This document shows positions 1 through 9,341 of a stretch of DNA of 64,000 bases, one piece after another. Origin of the DNA: an uncultured Candidatus Saccharibacteria bacterium (GTDB taxonomy: Bacteria; Patescibacteriota; Saccharimonadia; Saccharimonadales; JAGQNK01); the NCBI GenBank assembly GCA_964636355.1, contig CAZWRG010000005.1, forward strand, positions 10,744-74,743, given 5' to 3'. Each line of letters opens with the position of its first letter. The first letter of the stretch is position 1. The position numbers and the translations under genes were made by a program. The notes below the pieces were generated by a model. That model saw only the letters and a program-made list of their open reading frames with translations. It was not told the origin of the DNA and searched no databases.

Positions 1-476
1 GCCAACAGGGCAGCCCTGGCAAAAAAGTGATTACCTATCAGATTATTCTGCGTAACGGCAAAGAAGTTGGCCGCAAGAAAATCCAAGAAGTTATTTCCAA
101 AGAGCCGGTTAAGCAGATTGTCGCCCGAGGAAAAGCAATTTACATACCTAGTGATAAGCGGCAAATAATGGCCCAGGCTGGAGTCAGTGAATCGGATTAT
201 GCTTATGTTGATTATATTATTAGCCGTGAATCTGGCTGGTGTCCCACAAAAGTCCAGGGCAATTACGGCAGTTGTCCGGCTTATGTGCCGAGTATTCCGA
301 GCTATGGCGGTTACGGATTGTGTCAGTCAACCCCGCCTCAAAAAATGGCTACCGTCGGAGCTGATTGGCAGTCAAGTGCCGTCACTCAGCTAAGATGGTG
401 CAGCGGCTATGCTCACAGCCGGCATGGCGGTTGGCAGGGGGCTTACAACTTTTGGGTTAATAATCACTGGTGGTAA
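1..476 (+). CDS. secreted cell-wall protein with a G5 domain and a C-terminal transglycosylase-like (Apf/SceD-type) domain; the 5' end lies outside the window
   Basis: The frame stays open back to position 3. The N-part PGKKVITYQIILRNGKEVGRKKIQEVISKEPVKQIVARG looks like a G5 domain. The C-part ISRESGWCPT..GGYGLCQSTPPQKMA..FWVNNHWW resembles the conserved C-terminal domain of Gram-positive Apf/SceD-like proteins. Confidence 0.55.
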   Translation, partial: QQGSPGKKVITYQIILRNGKEVGRKKIQEVISKEPVKQIVARGKAIYIPSDKRQIMAQAGVSESDYAYVDYIISRESGWCPTKVQGNYGSCPAYVPSIPSYGGYGLCQSTPPQKMATVGADWQSSAVTQLRWCSGYAHSRHGGWQGAYNFWVNNHWW

Positions 477-479
477 GAA

Positions 480-1268
480 ATGGATAGTTATCCGGCCACT
501 AAAAAATCTCTGGGGCAGCATTGGTTGCATGACGAAGCTTCACTTCAGGCGATGTGTCAAGCTGCCAATATAAGTGCCGATGATACGATCCTGGAAATTG
601 GTCCGGGGCTAGGAACTTTGACAAAATTGTTGGTTGAGACGGCAAAATCAGTGGTGGCTGTGGAGTTTGACAATGAACTAGCCAGCCAGCTCAGCACCCG
701 GGTACCGGCTGAAAGTCTCCAAATAATTAACCAGGATATCTTGAATTTTGATCTAACAAGCCTGCCTAAAAATTACAAAGTAGTGGCTAATATTCCCTAT
801 TATTTGACCAGCGCTTTAATTAGGACGCTAAGCGAATCCCAAAACCAGCCGCAGATTTGTGCTCTGCTGGTTCAAAAAGAAGTCGCCGAGAGAGTGGCGG
901 CTGCCTCTGGCGACATGTCGCTTTTAAGTGTTAGTGCTCAGTTTTATTGGGAGGTAAGTTTGGGCAAAATTGTAAAAGCCGAGCTGTTCAGCCCGCCGCC
1001 AAAAGTAGACTCTCAGATTTTGATTTTAAGCAGGCCGCTAAAACCGCACTTTAAAAACGTCGATGAAAAAATATTCTTTCAGCTAGTAAAGGCTGGTTTT
1101 TCGGCGCGCAGAAAAACGCTTTTAAACTCCCTAAGCGGCGGGTTGAGGCTTAATAAATCAGAAACCATGAGGCTTTTGGACGCAGCCAAGATCCAACCGG
1201 AACTAAGACCCCAGGAGTTGTCTTTGGGCCAGTGGCACGATTTGTATTTGAGTTACGTCGGACACTAA
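480..1268 (+). CDS. rsmA: 16S rRNA (adenine1518/1519-N6)-dimethyltransferase
   Basis: 262 aa. SAM-binding motif ILEIGPGLGTLT and the NIPYY motif, with full-length KsgA/RsmA-like layout. Confidence 0.9.
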   Translation: MDSYPATKKSLGQHWLHDEASLQAMCQAANISADDTILEIGPGLGTLTKLLVETAKSVVAVEFDNELASQLSTRVPAESLQIINQDILNFDLTSLPKNYKVVANIPYYLTSALIRTLSESQNQPQICALLVQKEVAERVAAASGDMSLLSVSAQFYWEVSLGKIVKAELFSPPPKVDSQILILSRPLKPHFKNVDEKIFFQLVKAGFSARRKTLLNSLSGGLRLNKSETMRLLDAAKIQPELRPQELSLGQWHDLYLSYVGH

Positions 1269-1319
1269 AGTGCTTACGGCTTTTCAATTTATCAGCAATC
1301 ACGTACCATATTAAGTATC

Positions 1320-2915
1320 ATGGATGATAAAAATCAGGGTGGGTATAATCCTCAGAACGTACCTTCGCCGCCAAACCCATACAGTAATACGCCGAATGTT
1401 GAACTTCAGCCGGTAAATCCCGCTCAGCAACCAGGGCCGAATATTTATCCGCCTCAGTACAGTCAACCTGCCCCCCAGCCAAATGATAAATACGAAAAAA
1501 ATAAAAAACTACTAATTATCGGTTTTATAGCTGGTTTAGTGGTTATTATTATTGGTTTAATTGTCGCCTTGGTATTTAGTGGCGCAAAAAACGAACCCGG
1601 CAGCCCCAATCAAATTACTAAGACCTATGATTCGCCACTAGGGATCCTAACTCCCTTTCAGGCAGCTGATATAAAAAACGGCTCATTTAAAATCATCAGC
1701 GACTACGCCACTGGTGTTGAAACAAGTCATGAAGGACAGTTTTACATAGAAGACAATCAGGTAGTTTTTGATGTTTTAAAAGACACAACCAAGGTCAATG
1801 AATTTATAAAAAGTCTTTATATAAAACAGGGCAAACAGGCTGATTATTCGGAGCAGACCCAAGGTGCAACGCGTAATTTTAAATATGATTTTACGTCGCT
1901 AATGGGGTATGGTTATTTAACCGACGCTAATTTGCCGCAAGGTTTCATTCCGGTAGTTGAGCAGGCGCGAGATAATCCGGAACTGGCCGCTAACAACAAA
2001 GCCCTTCGGCTGGGGCGCGACTGTAACGCCGCCCTATCAGAGCTAAGGACCAAAATTGGCAGCAATATGACAACCACCAGCTTGGATTTTAGTTTTTCCG
2101 AAGAAGGAATTCGAAGAAAGGCCGAGGTCAGCTTTTCATCACGTCAATCAATCGATAACTCAGTAATTAGATTCTTAGAAAACTGTTTTGATCAAACTAA
2201 AAAAGAAGCGGCATTTTACAAAGACCTAACCGATAAATTACGCGATAACGTGACGCCCAGCCCGGTTTTTAGTTATTGGACAGAAAACAGCAAATACTAT
2301 TTGGAAATCAGCAATCTTGATAAAGACACGGTATTTAGTGAAGGTCTAAAACTGGAGCTTGAGAAACTCAACGAGGCTACTACGGATAAAACTGGAGAAA
2401 CGGCGTCATTTACCGAGAGACGTAATCAGTTTGGGCTGGCGTATAGCATTTGTCAGGTTCCTCCGATTTCTATAACTAGCATTAAGGAAGGTTACAGATT
2501 TTTACCAGAAGACACCTCTTATGAATTCCCTGTCTCAAAACATGCCGGCTACTTTTGTGATACCAGGAGTGTGCCCGCCGAGTTTAAGCCTGCTGCTAAC
2601 GTGACTTTAAGGCTGGAAAACGGACTTACCAACAAGATTCCAGATAATAAAATCCAAGACCTGAGAGCCTACCATGATCTGAGATACGAGGTAGAAAAGT
2701 ATAAAATGGAAAACAACCGCTATCCAAATTCGTCAGAGTTTACTGAGCTGGCCGATAATAATATGGGCGAGCTGATTAGTACCAGTCAAAATCTACTGAG
2801 GTCGAGGCTTATTCAGTATCGTCCGGAGCCTAATCAGTGTGTTGGCGATTGTTCTAAATATCAACTTACATTTAACTTGGCGCCAAACTTTAGGTTGATT
2901 CGAAATCAGAACTAG
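1320..2915 (+). CDS. hypothetical membrane-anchored protein (Pro/Gln-rich N-terminus, one TM helix, large extracytoplasmic domain)
   Basis: 531-aa ORF. Low-complexity PQ-rich N-terminus, then hydrophobic helix LLIIGFIAGLVVIIIGLIVALVF. I recognise no family motif. Confidence 0.6.
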   Translation: MDDKNQGGYNPQNVPSPPNPYSNTPNVELQPVNPAQQPGPNIYPPQYSQPAPQPNDKYEKNKKLLIIGFIAGLVVIIIGLIVALVFSGAKNEPGSPNQITKTYDSPLGILTPFQAADIKNGSFKIISDYATGVETSHEGQFYIEDNQVVFDVLKDTTKVNEFIKSLYIKQGKQADYSEQTQGATRNFKYDFTSLMGYGYLTDANLPQGFIPVVEQARDNPELAANNKALRLGRDCNAALSELRTKIGSNMTTTSLDFSFSEEGIRRKAEVSFSSRQSIDNSVIRFLENCFDQTKKEAAFYKDLTDKLRDNVTPSPVFSYWTENSKYYLEISNLDKDTVFSEGLKLELEKLNEATTDKTGETASFTERRNQFGLAYSICQVPPISITSIKEGYRFLPEDTSYEFPVSKHAGYFCDTRSVPAEFKPAANVTLRLENGLTNKIPDNKIQDLRAYHDLRYEVEKYKMENNRYPNSSEFTELADNNMGELISTSQNLLRSRLIQYRPEPNQCVGDCSKYQLTFNLAPNFRLIRNQN

Positions 2916-2942
2916 ACATAAGCAGATTCAATATGGTATAAT
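2913..2942 (+). promoter_or_regulatory. candidate sigma70-type promoter for tmRNA
   Basis: TAGACA (2913-2918), an 18-nt spacer, then extended -10 TGgTATAAT (TG at 2934-2935, TATAAT at 2937-2942). It ends 10 nt upstream of the tmRNA 5' GGGG. Confidence 0.35.
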
Positions 2943-2952
2943 ACAGCTTCAT

Positions 2953-3345
2953 GGGGCTGAATTTTAAGCTCGACGTCGGACTTTAACAGTTAGATCAGCA
3001 GGTCGCTTGTCAGCGTTATAGACAAACCATAACAGATGCAGAAAAAGTATCTAGCTTTGGTGAGGCAGTAAACGCAGCAATTGCTCGTCGTATGCCTAGC
3101 CTAGCACTAGCTGCCTAATTATTTAGACAGCCGTTTCGTGCTTGACACCAGATAGTGCACTGAAACGCCATATTTTTCTGGTTGCTTTCGGCGACTGATC
3201 CTTAAGCCGAATTAAGACTAAAGGATCAAACTTTTGTGTTTTTGGTTATTTTTATCCACAAAAGTACATCAAATAACCTAAGCCTGTAGGATAGACTAAC
3301 TAGTTAAACCAGCGGACGCGGGGGCAGTACCCGCCAGCTCCACCA
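2953..3345 (+). ncRNA. ssrA: tmRNA (SsrA)
   Basis: 5' GGGGCTG pairs with 3' CAGCTCC followed by ACCA, giving the G3:U wobble that is the alanine identity element. An internal tag reading frame at 3038-3118 ends in ...RRMPSLALAA-TAA. A tRNA-like 3' domain is present, though the T-loop is atypical. Confidence 0.85.
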
Positions 3346-3469
3346 TTCTTCGCTAAAGCTACGAATAGCAGGCCATTACGATAAGTAGTGATTTGTCATT
3401 TATAGCTTGCTTTTTATTTTTCTGCGAAGAATGTCCTTCGAAGCCTCTGGCAAAGAAGGACTATAATTA

Positions 3470-3718
3470 ATGATTATGTATTACACATCTATAATTCAAA
3501 GTGAATCTGACGATTCTAAACTATACTTTGGCAGCACACAAGACTTACAAAAGCGCCTTCTTGCACATAATGCAGGTCAATCTCCTCACACATCTAAGTA
3601 TAAGCCGTGGAAAGTAATCTGGTACGCTGCATTTAGCTCAGAGCAGAAAGCGTTGGCATTTGAGAAATATATAAAATCTGGTTCCGGAAAAGCTTTTTTA
3701 AGAAAGAGACTGGTTTAG
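3470..3718 (+). CDS. GIY-YIG nuclease family protein (small stand-alone, UPF0213/YhbQ-like)
   Basis: 82 aa. YYTSII..SKLYFGSTQDLQKRLLAHNAG...YKPWKVIWYAAFSSEQKALAFEKYIKSGSGKAFL matches the GIY-YIG pattern. Confidence 0.75.
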   Translation: MIMYYTSIIQSESDDSKLYFGSTQDLQKRLLAHNAGQSPHTSKYKPWKVIWYAAFSSEQKALAFEKYIKSGSGKAFLRKRLV

Positions 3719-3804
3719 CATCCTGGTCTTTTGTTCGTGCTCATGCTTGCATGCTACAAAGTGAAAGAGTACAGTAAAAACATCTTTTGAAAGGAGTATC
3801 AATC

Positions 3805-4449
3805 ATGCCTACTAATGTCACAGCCCCACTTTATGAAGGAGAACCAATGTCGTTTCCTGAGTTTGCCGCACGCACAGCACGCACGGTATCTCCTTGGAAT
3901 GGTTACGAGAGAGACGTAGCGATCAGCACTCCTCTACCTGACAGCTTTGAATCACAAAGTGGTAATTATTATGAAAAGTTGTTTCGAGAAGATGCGGCTG
4001 AGCTTGCTCGAGTCGCCAGTTGGACTCCGGAGGAAGCTGAATCTCAAGCACATAAACACAACTTGCTTAGGCTGAAGGCACACTTACAAATTGTTCAAGC
4101 TAATCGTAGAAATTTGCGAGCGTATGACTATATGAGTGCACAGGTTGATGCTTGGCAAGCACCAACAGAGGAGCATGAGGTCATGCGGGCTCGAATGCAG
4201 GAACAGCTTGATGAGACTTTCAAATTTACCCGTGATAATACTCATTCAGATCCTCCTGAAAAAGTTGATGGATCGACTTACCGTGAACAAAGAATTCGTG
4301 ATTTGGCTAGAAGAGTTCTGGAGGTAGAAGAGCGCCTAGATACATCTAGAGCAAATGTAGAACAGGCTTCGGCCTTTGCCAAAGAGTTTAAGGACAGCCT
4401 TGAAGGCTGGGAAGACGTACCTGTACCACCTCGAAGGACTCTTCCTTAG
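3805..4449 (+). CDS. hypothetical protein
   Basis: The ORF is open from 3787. I prefer the ATG at 3805 because of the AAGGAG-type RBS (gaaaggagtatcaatcATG). Acidic, helical-looking sequence with no recognisable motif. Confidence 0.5.
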   Translation: MPTNVTAPLYEGEPMSFPEFAARTARTVSPWNGYERDVAISTPLPDSFESQSGNYYEKLFREDAAELARVASWTPEEAESQAHKHNLLRLKAHLQIVQANRRNLRAYDYMSAQVDAWQAPTEEHEVMRARMQEQLDETFKFTRDNTHSDPPEKVDGSTYREQRIRDLARRVLEVEERLDTSRANVEQASAFAKEFKDSLEGWEDVPVPPRRTLP

Positions 4450-4665
4450 TTATCCTAGAGAGTAATAACCTCGAGGGGTTATGTAAAAAATCTTACATAA
4501 ATATTTACTGCGTTAAGTAAAGTATTATGTAGGAGGGTTTATGGGAAATAAATGGCAGCAGCGATATTATATTAGGGACAGCGAAACTAATGAGCTGTGG
4601 TGTTTTGACGCCAAGCTGATTAGCGGATAATCCCACTATAGATTTTGGCCATAGCAGTATATTCT

Positions 4666-4694
4666 TTGACATTTGACATATAAAATGCTAGAGT
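4666..4694 (+). promoter_or_regulatory. candidate promoter upstream of the DEAD-box helicase gene
   Basis: TTGACA (4666-4671), 17-nt spacer, TAGAGT (4689-4694). It is followed by a roughly 130-nt AT-rich leader with the hairpin cggccgtttatgatggccg just before the start codon. Confidence 0.25.
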
Positions 4695-4823
4695 ATATAC
4701 ATTGTTTATGATGAATCCGAGTTGTTAGTTTAGTTGATACTTAGATTTCATTTCCGACAATCGCTAAGTATTAATTAAAACGGCCGTTTATGATGGCCGC
4801 AAACAACAAAGGATTCTATTTTT

Positions 4824-6035
4824 ATGCCTAGTTCATATCGAAAAACTTCTAACCAGCGTTCGGCTTTTGGTGGCCGCCGCCGGACTTATGGGGGTGCTCC
4901 GCGGCGCAATAATAATCGCCGACGGGCTGGTCAATATATTGACCCCAGCCGTTTTATCAAAGAAGCTCGGCCAACTGAGGCAGAGCAATACACCGCGGTT
5001 CATAGTTTTGCGGATTTTGAGATAAATGATTTGCTCAAGAAAAACCTGGGTGCCAAAGGTTATATTACGCCTTCACCGATTCAGGATCAGACAATTCCAG
5101 TGGCTTTAGCCGGTCAAGACATCATTGGAATTGCTGACACCGGAACTGGCAAAACGGCTGCTTTTGCTCTGCCAGTGCTTCATCAATTAATGCAAAACAA
5201 AGACCAAAAGGCGCTGATTATTGCACCGACTCGTGAATTGGCTCAGCAAATCGAGGACGAAATGAAATCGCTGGCTAAGGGCAGCGGCCTGTTTGGAGTC
5301 TTGCTGATTGGCGGTACTAGCATGGGCCCGCAGCTGCGTGATTTGCGCTATAATCCGCGGGTGATAATTGGTACACCAGGTCGAATCAAAGATCATCTTG
5401 AGCGGCGAACTTTAAATCTTTCCAGTTTTAATTTTGTAGTGCTAGACGAGGTTGATCGGATGCTTGATATGGGCTTTTTGCCAGATGTCACGACAATTTT
5501 GAGTCATCTGCCGGCGGAACGCCAGTCGCTGTTCTTTTCTGCCACCATGGATCATAAAATCCAGGCTTTGATTGAGAACTTTTCTAATAATCCAGTGGCA
5601 ATTAGACATAAAACCGGTGATACCAGTGAAAATGTCCATCAAAATATCATTCGGTTTTCACAAGTTACCGAGAAGCTTGATAAGCTGCATGATGTTTTAA
5701 TTCGCACTGAGGTAGAGAAAATTATTGTGTTTGACGAAACACAGCGCAGTGTTGAAAAACTCAGTAATGAGCTGGTTTTAAGGGGTTTTAAAGCTGATGC
5801 CATTCACGGCGGCAAATCTCAGGGCCAACGTCAGCGAGCACTAAATCGATTTAAAAAAAGTGAAATCAGTATTTTAGTGGCTACTGATGTGGCGGCTCGA
5901 GGAATTGACGTTTCTGATATTACTCATGTAATTAATTACACCGTTCCGCAGTCTTATGAAGATTATGTGCACCGAATTGGTCGCGCCGGCCGAGCCGGCC
6001 GAGTTGGGCACGCTCTAACATTCGTTAATCAATAA
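4824..6035 (+). CDS. DEAD-box ATP-dependent RNA helicase
   Basis: Arg-rich N-terminus, Q-motif region, motif I ADTGTGKT, motif II VLDEVD, SAT, and HRIGRAGRAGR. Confidence 0.9.
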   Translation: MPSSYRKTSNQRSAFGGRRRTYGGAPRRNNNRRRAGQYIDPSRFIKEARPTEAEQYTAVHSFADFEINDLLKKNLGAKGYITPSPIQDQTIPVALAGQDIIGIADTGTGKTAAFALPVLHQLMQNKDQKALIIAPTRELAQQIEDEMKSLAKGSGLFGVLLIGGTSMGPQLRDLRYNPRVIIGTPGRIKDHLERRTLNLSSFNFVVLDEVDRMLDMGFLPDVTTILSHLPAERQSLFFSATMDHKIQALIENFSNNPVAIRHKTGDTSENVHQNIIRFSQVTEKLDKLHDVLIRTEVEKIIVFDETQRSVEKLSNELVLRGFKADAIHGGKSQGQRQRALNRFKKSEISILVATDVAARGIDVSDITHVINYTVPQSYEDYVHRIGRAGRAGRVGHALTFVNQ

Positions 6036-6055
6036 AATTTAGCAAGAGAAAATCA

Positions 6056-7900
6056 GTGAATAAACCAGTCCAAGACCCAAATAAGATTCGTAATATTGCA
6101 ATAATTGCTCATGTTGATCATGGCAAAACAACTTTGGTTGATGGGCTGCTTAAGCAGTCCCATACTTTTCGGGATAATCAGGCCGAAATGGGTCAAGAAT
6201 TAATTATGGACAGTGGCGATCAAGAGCGAGAGCGTGGTATCACTATCACCGCTAAAGTTACGGCTGTGCAGCACGGAGATTATCGGATTAATATTATTGA
6301 TACCCCTGGACACGCTGATTTTTCCGGTGAAGTTGAACGAACTCTCAATATGGCCGATGGTTGTATTTTGATTGTGGATTCCCAAGAAGGGCCAATGCCG
6401 CAAACTAAATTTGTGTTGTCTAAGGCCTTAGCAGCCGAGCTTAAACCGATTGTGATTATCAATAAAATTGATAAGCCAGGACGCCGAATAGAAGAAGTTG
6501 AAAACGAGCTAGCTGATTTGTTTTTGGAGCTGGCAGTTCATGAAGATCAGCTGCATTATCCAGTTTATTATGCGATCGGTCGGGCCGGGAAGGCTTGGGA
6601 CGCGGTGCCGGCTAATGCCGAAACCGATCAAGCAGATTTAGAGCCCATATTTCAGGCAATTACAGATTATGTACCAGCTCCGAAAGTTGAGCTTGATAAG
6701 CCCTTTCAGATGTTAGTTACAGCGCTGTCTTGGGACAGCTACAAGGGTAAATATGCAATTGGTCGAATCACTCGCGGCCGGGTTGCTGCCGGCAGTCCAG
6801 TTACTCTTTGCAAAAAAGACGGCACTCAGAAAAAGTTTAGAGTTGATAATGTTTTTATGAGCCACGGTGTTAGTAAATTTGAGGTTTCTGAGGGTGTGGC
6901 AGGTGATATTGTGCAGCTGACTGGCATTGATGAGGCCTTAATTGGCGAAACAATTGCTGACGCTGAAAATCCAGAAGCTTTGCCGGTATTAGAAGTCGAA
7001 GCGCCAACGCTCAAAATTTATTTAGGCCCCAATACTTCGCCGTTAAAAGGCACGGAGGGCGATTTCAGTACGTCGCGGCAAATCAGCGAACGGCTTAATA
7101 AAGAGCTAGAAACTAATGTTGGGCTAAAGGTTGAAGAACAAGGAATTGGCTTTTTAGTGTCCGGCCGCGGCGAACTTCATCTTAGCGTTTTGATTGAAAC
7201 TATGCGCCGTGAAGGCTATGAGTTTGAAGTTGGTCGCCCGCAAGTGGTTACCAGAGAGGTCGATGGCAAGATAGAGGAGCCATTGGAGGAGCTGATTGTT
7301 GAGGTTCCGGCCGAGCAGGTGGGAACTGTACAGATGGAGCTTGGCGCCAGAAAAGCTGAACTTGTTGAGCAGTTTGCCAGTCCTAAAGGAGTCACGAAGC
7401 TGGTCTACAAACTGCCAACTAGAGCACTGCTGGGTCTTAGAAATATTCTGATGACTAAAACCAAAGGCACAATTGTGATGAATAGTTTAACGATTGGGTA
7501 CCAGCCTTTAGGAGCCGAACTGCAGCAAATTAGAAACGGTGTGTTAATTGCTTTTGAGGCTGGCACCACTACGCCTTATGCGTTGCAAATGGCAGAGGAG
7601 CGGGGCGAAATATTTATTGGCCCAGGGGAAAAGGTTTACGCTGGACAGATCATCGGCTTGAATAAGCGCCAAGAAGATATGGAAATGAATGTTTGCAAAA
7701 CCAAACATCTAACCAATATGCGCAGTTCGTCATCTGACGGCGTGGTTCAATTAACACCGCCAACTATTTTGAGTCTGGAGCAGTGCTTGGATTTTATCGA
7801 AAATGATGAACTTCTAGAAGTAACTCCTAAAAACCTGAGACTTCGCAAAAAAGAGCTCGACGTCAATAAGCGCAAGCGCCAAAATAAACAAGCTAATTAG
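6056..7900 (+). CDS. typA: translational GTPase TypA/BipA
   Basis: 614 aa. G1 AHVDHGKTT, G3 DTPGHADF, G4 NKIDK, and EF-G-like domains typical of BipA. Confidence 0.92.
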   Translation: MNKPVQDPNKIRNIAIIAHVDHGKTTLVDGLLKQSHTFRDNQAEMGQELIMDSGDQERERGITITAKVTAVQHGDYRINIIDTPGHADFSGEVERTLNMADGCILIVDSQEGPMPQTKFVLSKALAAELKPIVIINKIDKPGRRIEEVENELADLFLELAVHEDQLHYPVYYAIGRAGKAWDAVPANAETDQADLEPIFQAITDYVPAPKVELDKPFQMLVTALSWDSYKGKYAIGRITRGRVAAGSPVTLCKKDGTQKKFRVDNVFMSHGVSKFEVSEGVAGDIVQLTGIDEALIGETIADAENPEALPVLEVEAPTLKIYLGPNTSPLKGTEGDFSTSRQISERLNKELETNVGLKVEEQGIGFLVSGRGELHLSVLIETMRREGYEFEVGRPQVVTREVDGKIEEPLEELIVEVPAEQVGTVQMELGARKAELVEQFASPKGVTKLVYKLPTRALLGLRNILMTKTKGTIVMNSLTIGYQPLGAELQQIRNGVLIAFEAGTTTPYALQMAEERGEIFIGPGEKVYAGQIIGLNKRQEDMEMNVCKTKHLTNMRSSSSDGVVQLTPPTILSLEQCLDFIENDELLEVTPKNLRLRKKELDVNKRKRQNKQAN

Positions 7901-7965
7901 TCTAGTGTCAACCAGTCATAGATGCTATGCTGTTACTAGATTAAACATAAATAGAAACAGCCGTC

Positions 7966-9273
7966 ATGCGTTTTAAAAAAGCCAAACTGCCTTCCATTTC
8001 GTCGATTCCTAGCCTGCCGATTAATGTTTTAAACCCGACTTTTCTGACTGATATTTTATTTAAAAAAGATAAACGTACTGAGCTATTCTTAGAGCTTTCG
8101 CCGCAAAAAAGACTGCTGCTTTTAAGGTCGCTGACGCCTCATGTACGGCGAGATATTTTATCTCATGTGCCGGATGATGAACTGGTTGGACTGCTCCATA
8201 TGGTTGATCCGGATGAAGCAACTGACATGTTGCAGCTTTTATCGCCCAAAAGACGCAGTAAGATTTTGCAACAAGTCAGCACTGAGCTAAAAGATTCGCT
8301 ATCTAAGCTGCTGGAGTTTGACGCTGAAACCGCGGCTGGTCTTATGACCCTCGATTACATTCATGCCACCGCTGATGAAACAATTTCTGACGTGGCTCAT
8401 AAATTCAAGCAGCACGAAAAAGCTACTGGCCGCCCGCCGGTGATTTTAGTTATGAAGGACGACGGCAAGTTAGCTGGTTTTCTGCCGGGCCACGAGCTGG
8501 GCTTTGGCCGGAAAAATGAGCTGATTGGCAAATATGTTAAGCGGCTGCCATCGATTTCTTATGCTGCTAGCCATGATGAGGTTTTTCGGCTCTTTCATGC
8601 CCACCCACACTCTAAAGTAGCCGTAAAAAACGATGCTGGTGATGTGATCGGAATTATTTACTCTGACGATGTTTTGAATATTATCCAGGAACAGGAATCT
8701 TCTTCACTGTACGATTTTGCCGGTATTCGCCAAGAGGAAAGTATCTCCGACAGTACCAAACGAAAGGTAAAAAACCGCTATCGTTGGTTGATGGTAAACG
8801 TAATTACAGCCTTTTTGGCGGCCTTTACGGTTAGTAAATTTGAAGGCATTTTACAAGCCCATGTGCTACTGGCAGCCTACATGCCGATTGTCGCCGGAAT
8901 GGGCGGTAATGCTTCGATGCAGACTTTCGCGGTCTTAGTTAGAGGTATCTCGCTTGGACAAATAAATCTCCGAACAGCGGGCCGGACTCTGAGAAATGAA
9001 CTGGGCGCTGGTTTCATAAATGGTTTGATAATTGCCACAATTGTTTCGGGTGTAGCGTTTTTCTTAAGTGGCGATACAAAAATCGCCCTGGTTCTGGCAC
9101 TGGCGATGGTCATAAACTTAATCGTTGCAGCTTTTTTCGGCACATTAGTGCCGCTGGTGATGAGTCGGCTTGGCAAGGATCCGGCAACATCAGCGTCAAT
9201 TTTTATTACGACCGCCACTGATGTGCTTGGCTTTTTGTCGTTCCTTGGTCTGGCCAGCGTGATCTTGGCTTAA
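7966..9273 (+). CDS. mgtE: magnesium transporter MgtE
   Basis: 435 aa. N-terminal MgtE domain, CBS pair, and a C-terminal TM bundle with PIVAGMGGNASMQ and TTATDVLGF motifs. Confidence 0.88.
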   Translation: MRFKKAKLPSISSIPSLPINVLNPTFLTDILFKKDKRTELFLELSPQKRLLLLRSLTPHVRRDILSHVPDDELVGLLHMVDPDEATDMLQLLSPKRRSKILQQVSTELKDSLSKLLEFDAETAAGLMTLDYIHATADETISDVAHKFKQHEKATGRPPVILVMKDDGKLAGFLPGHELGFGRKNELIGKYVKRLPSISYAASHDEVFRLFHAHPHSKVAVKNDAGDVIGIIYSDDVLNIIQEQESSSLYDFAGIRQEESISDSTKRKVKNRYRWLMVNVITAFLAAFTVSKFEGILQAHVLLAAYMPIVAGMGGNASMQTFAVLVRGISLGQINLRTAGRTLRNELGAGFINGLIIATIVSGVAFFLSGDTKIALVLALAMVINLIVAAFFGTLVPLVMSRLGKDPATSASIFITTATDVLGFLSFLGLASVILA

Positions 9274-9341
9274 ATTTAAAAAATCACTATTTTAATTATC
9301 TGATTGACGTTAAAATAGCAGTCTTATAGTCTGAAGGTAAT

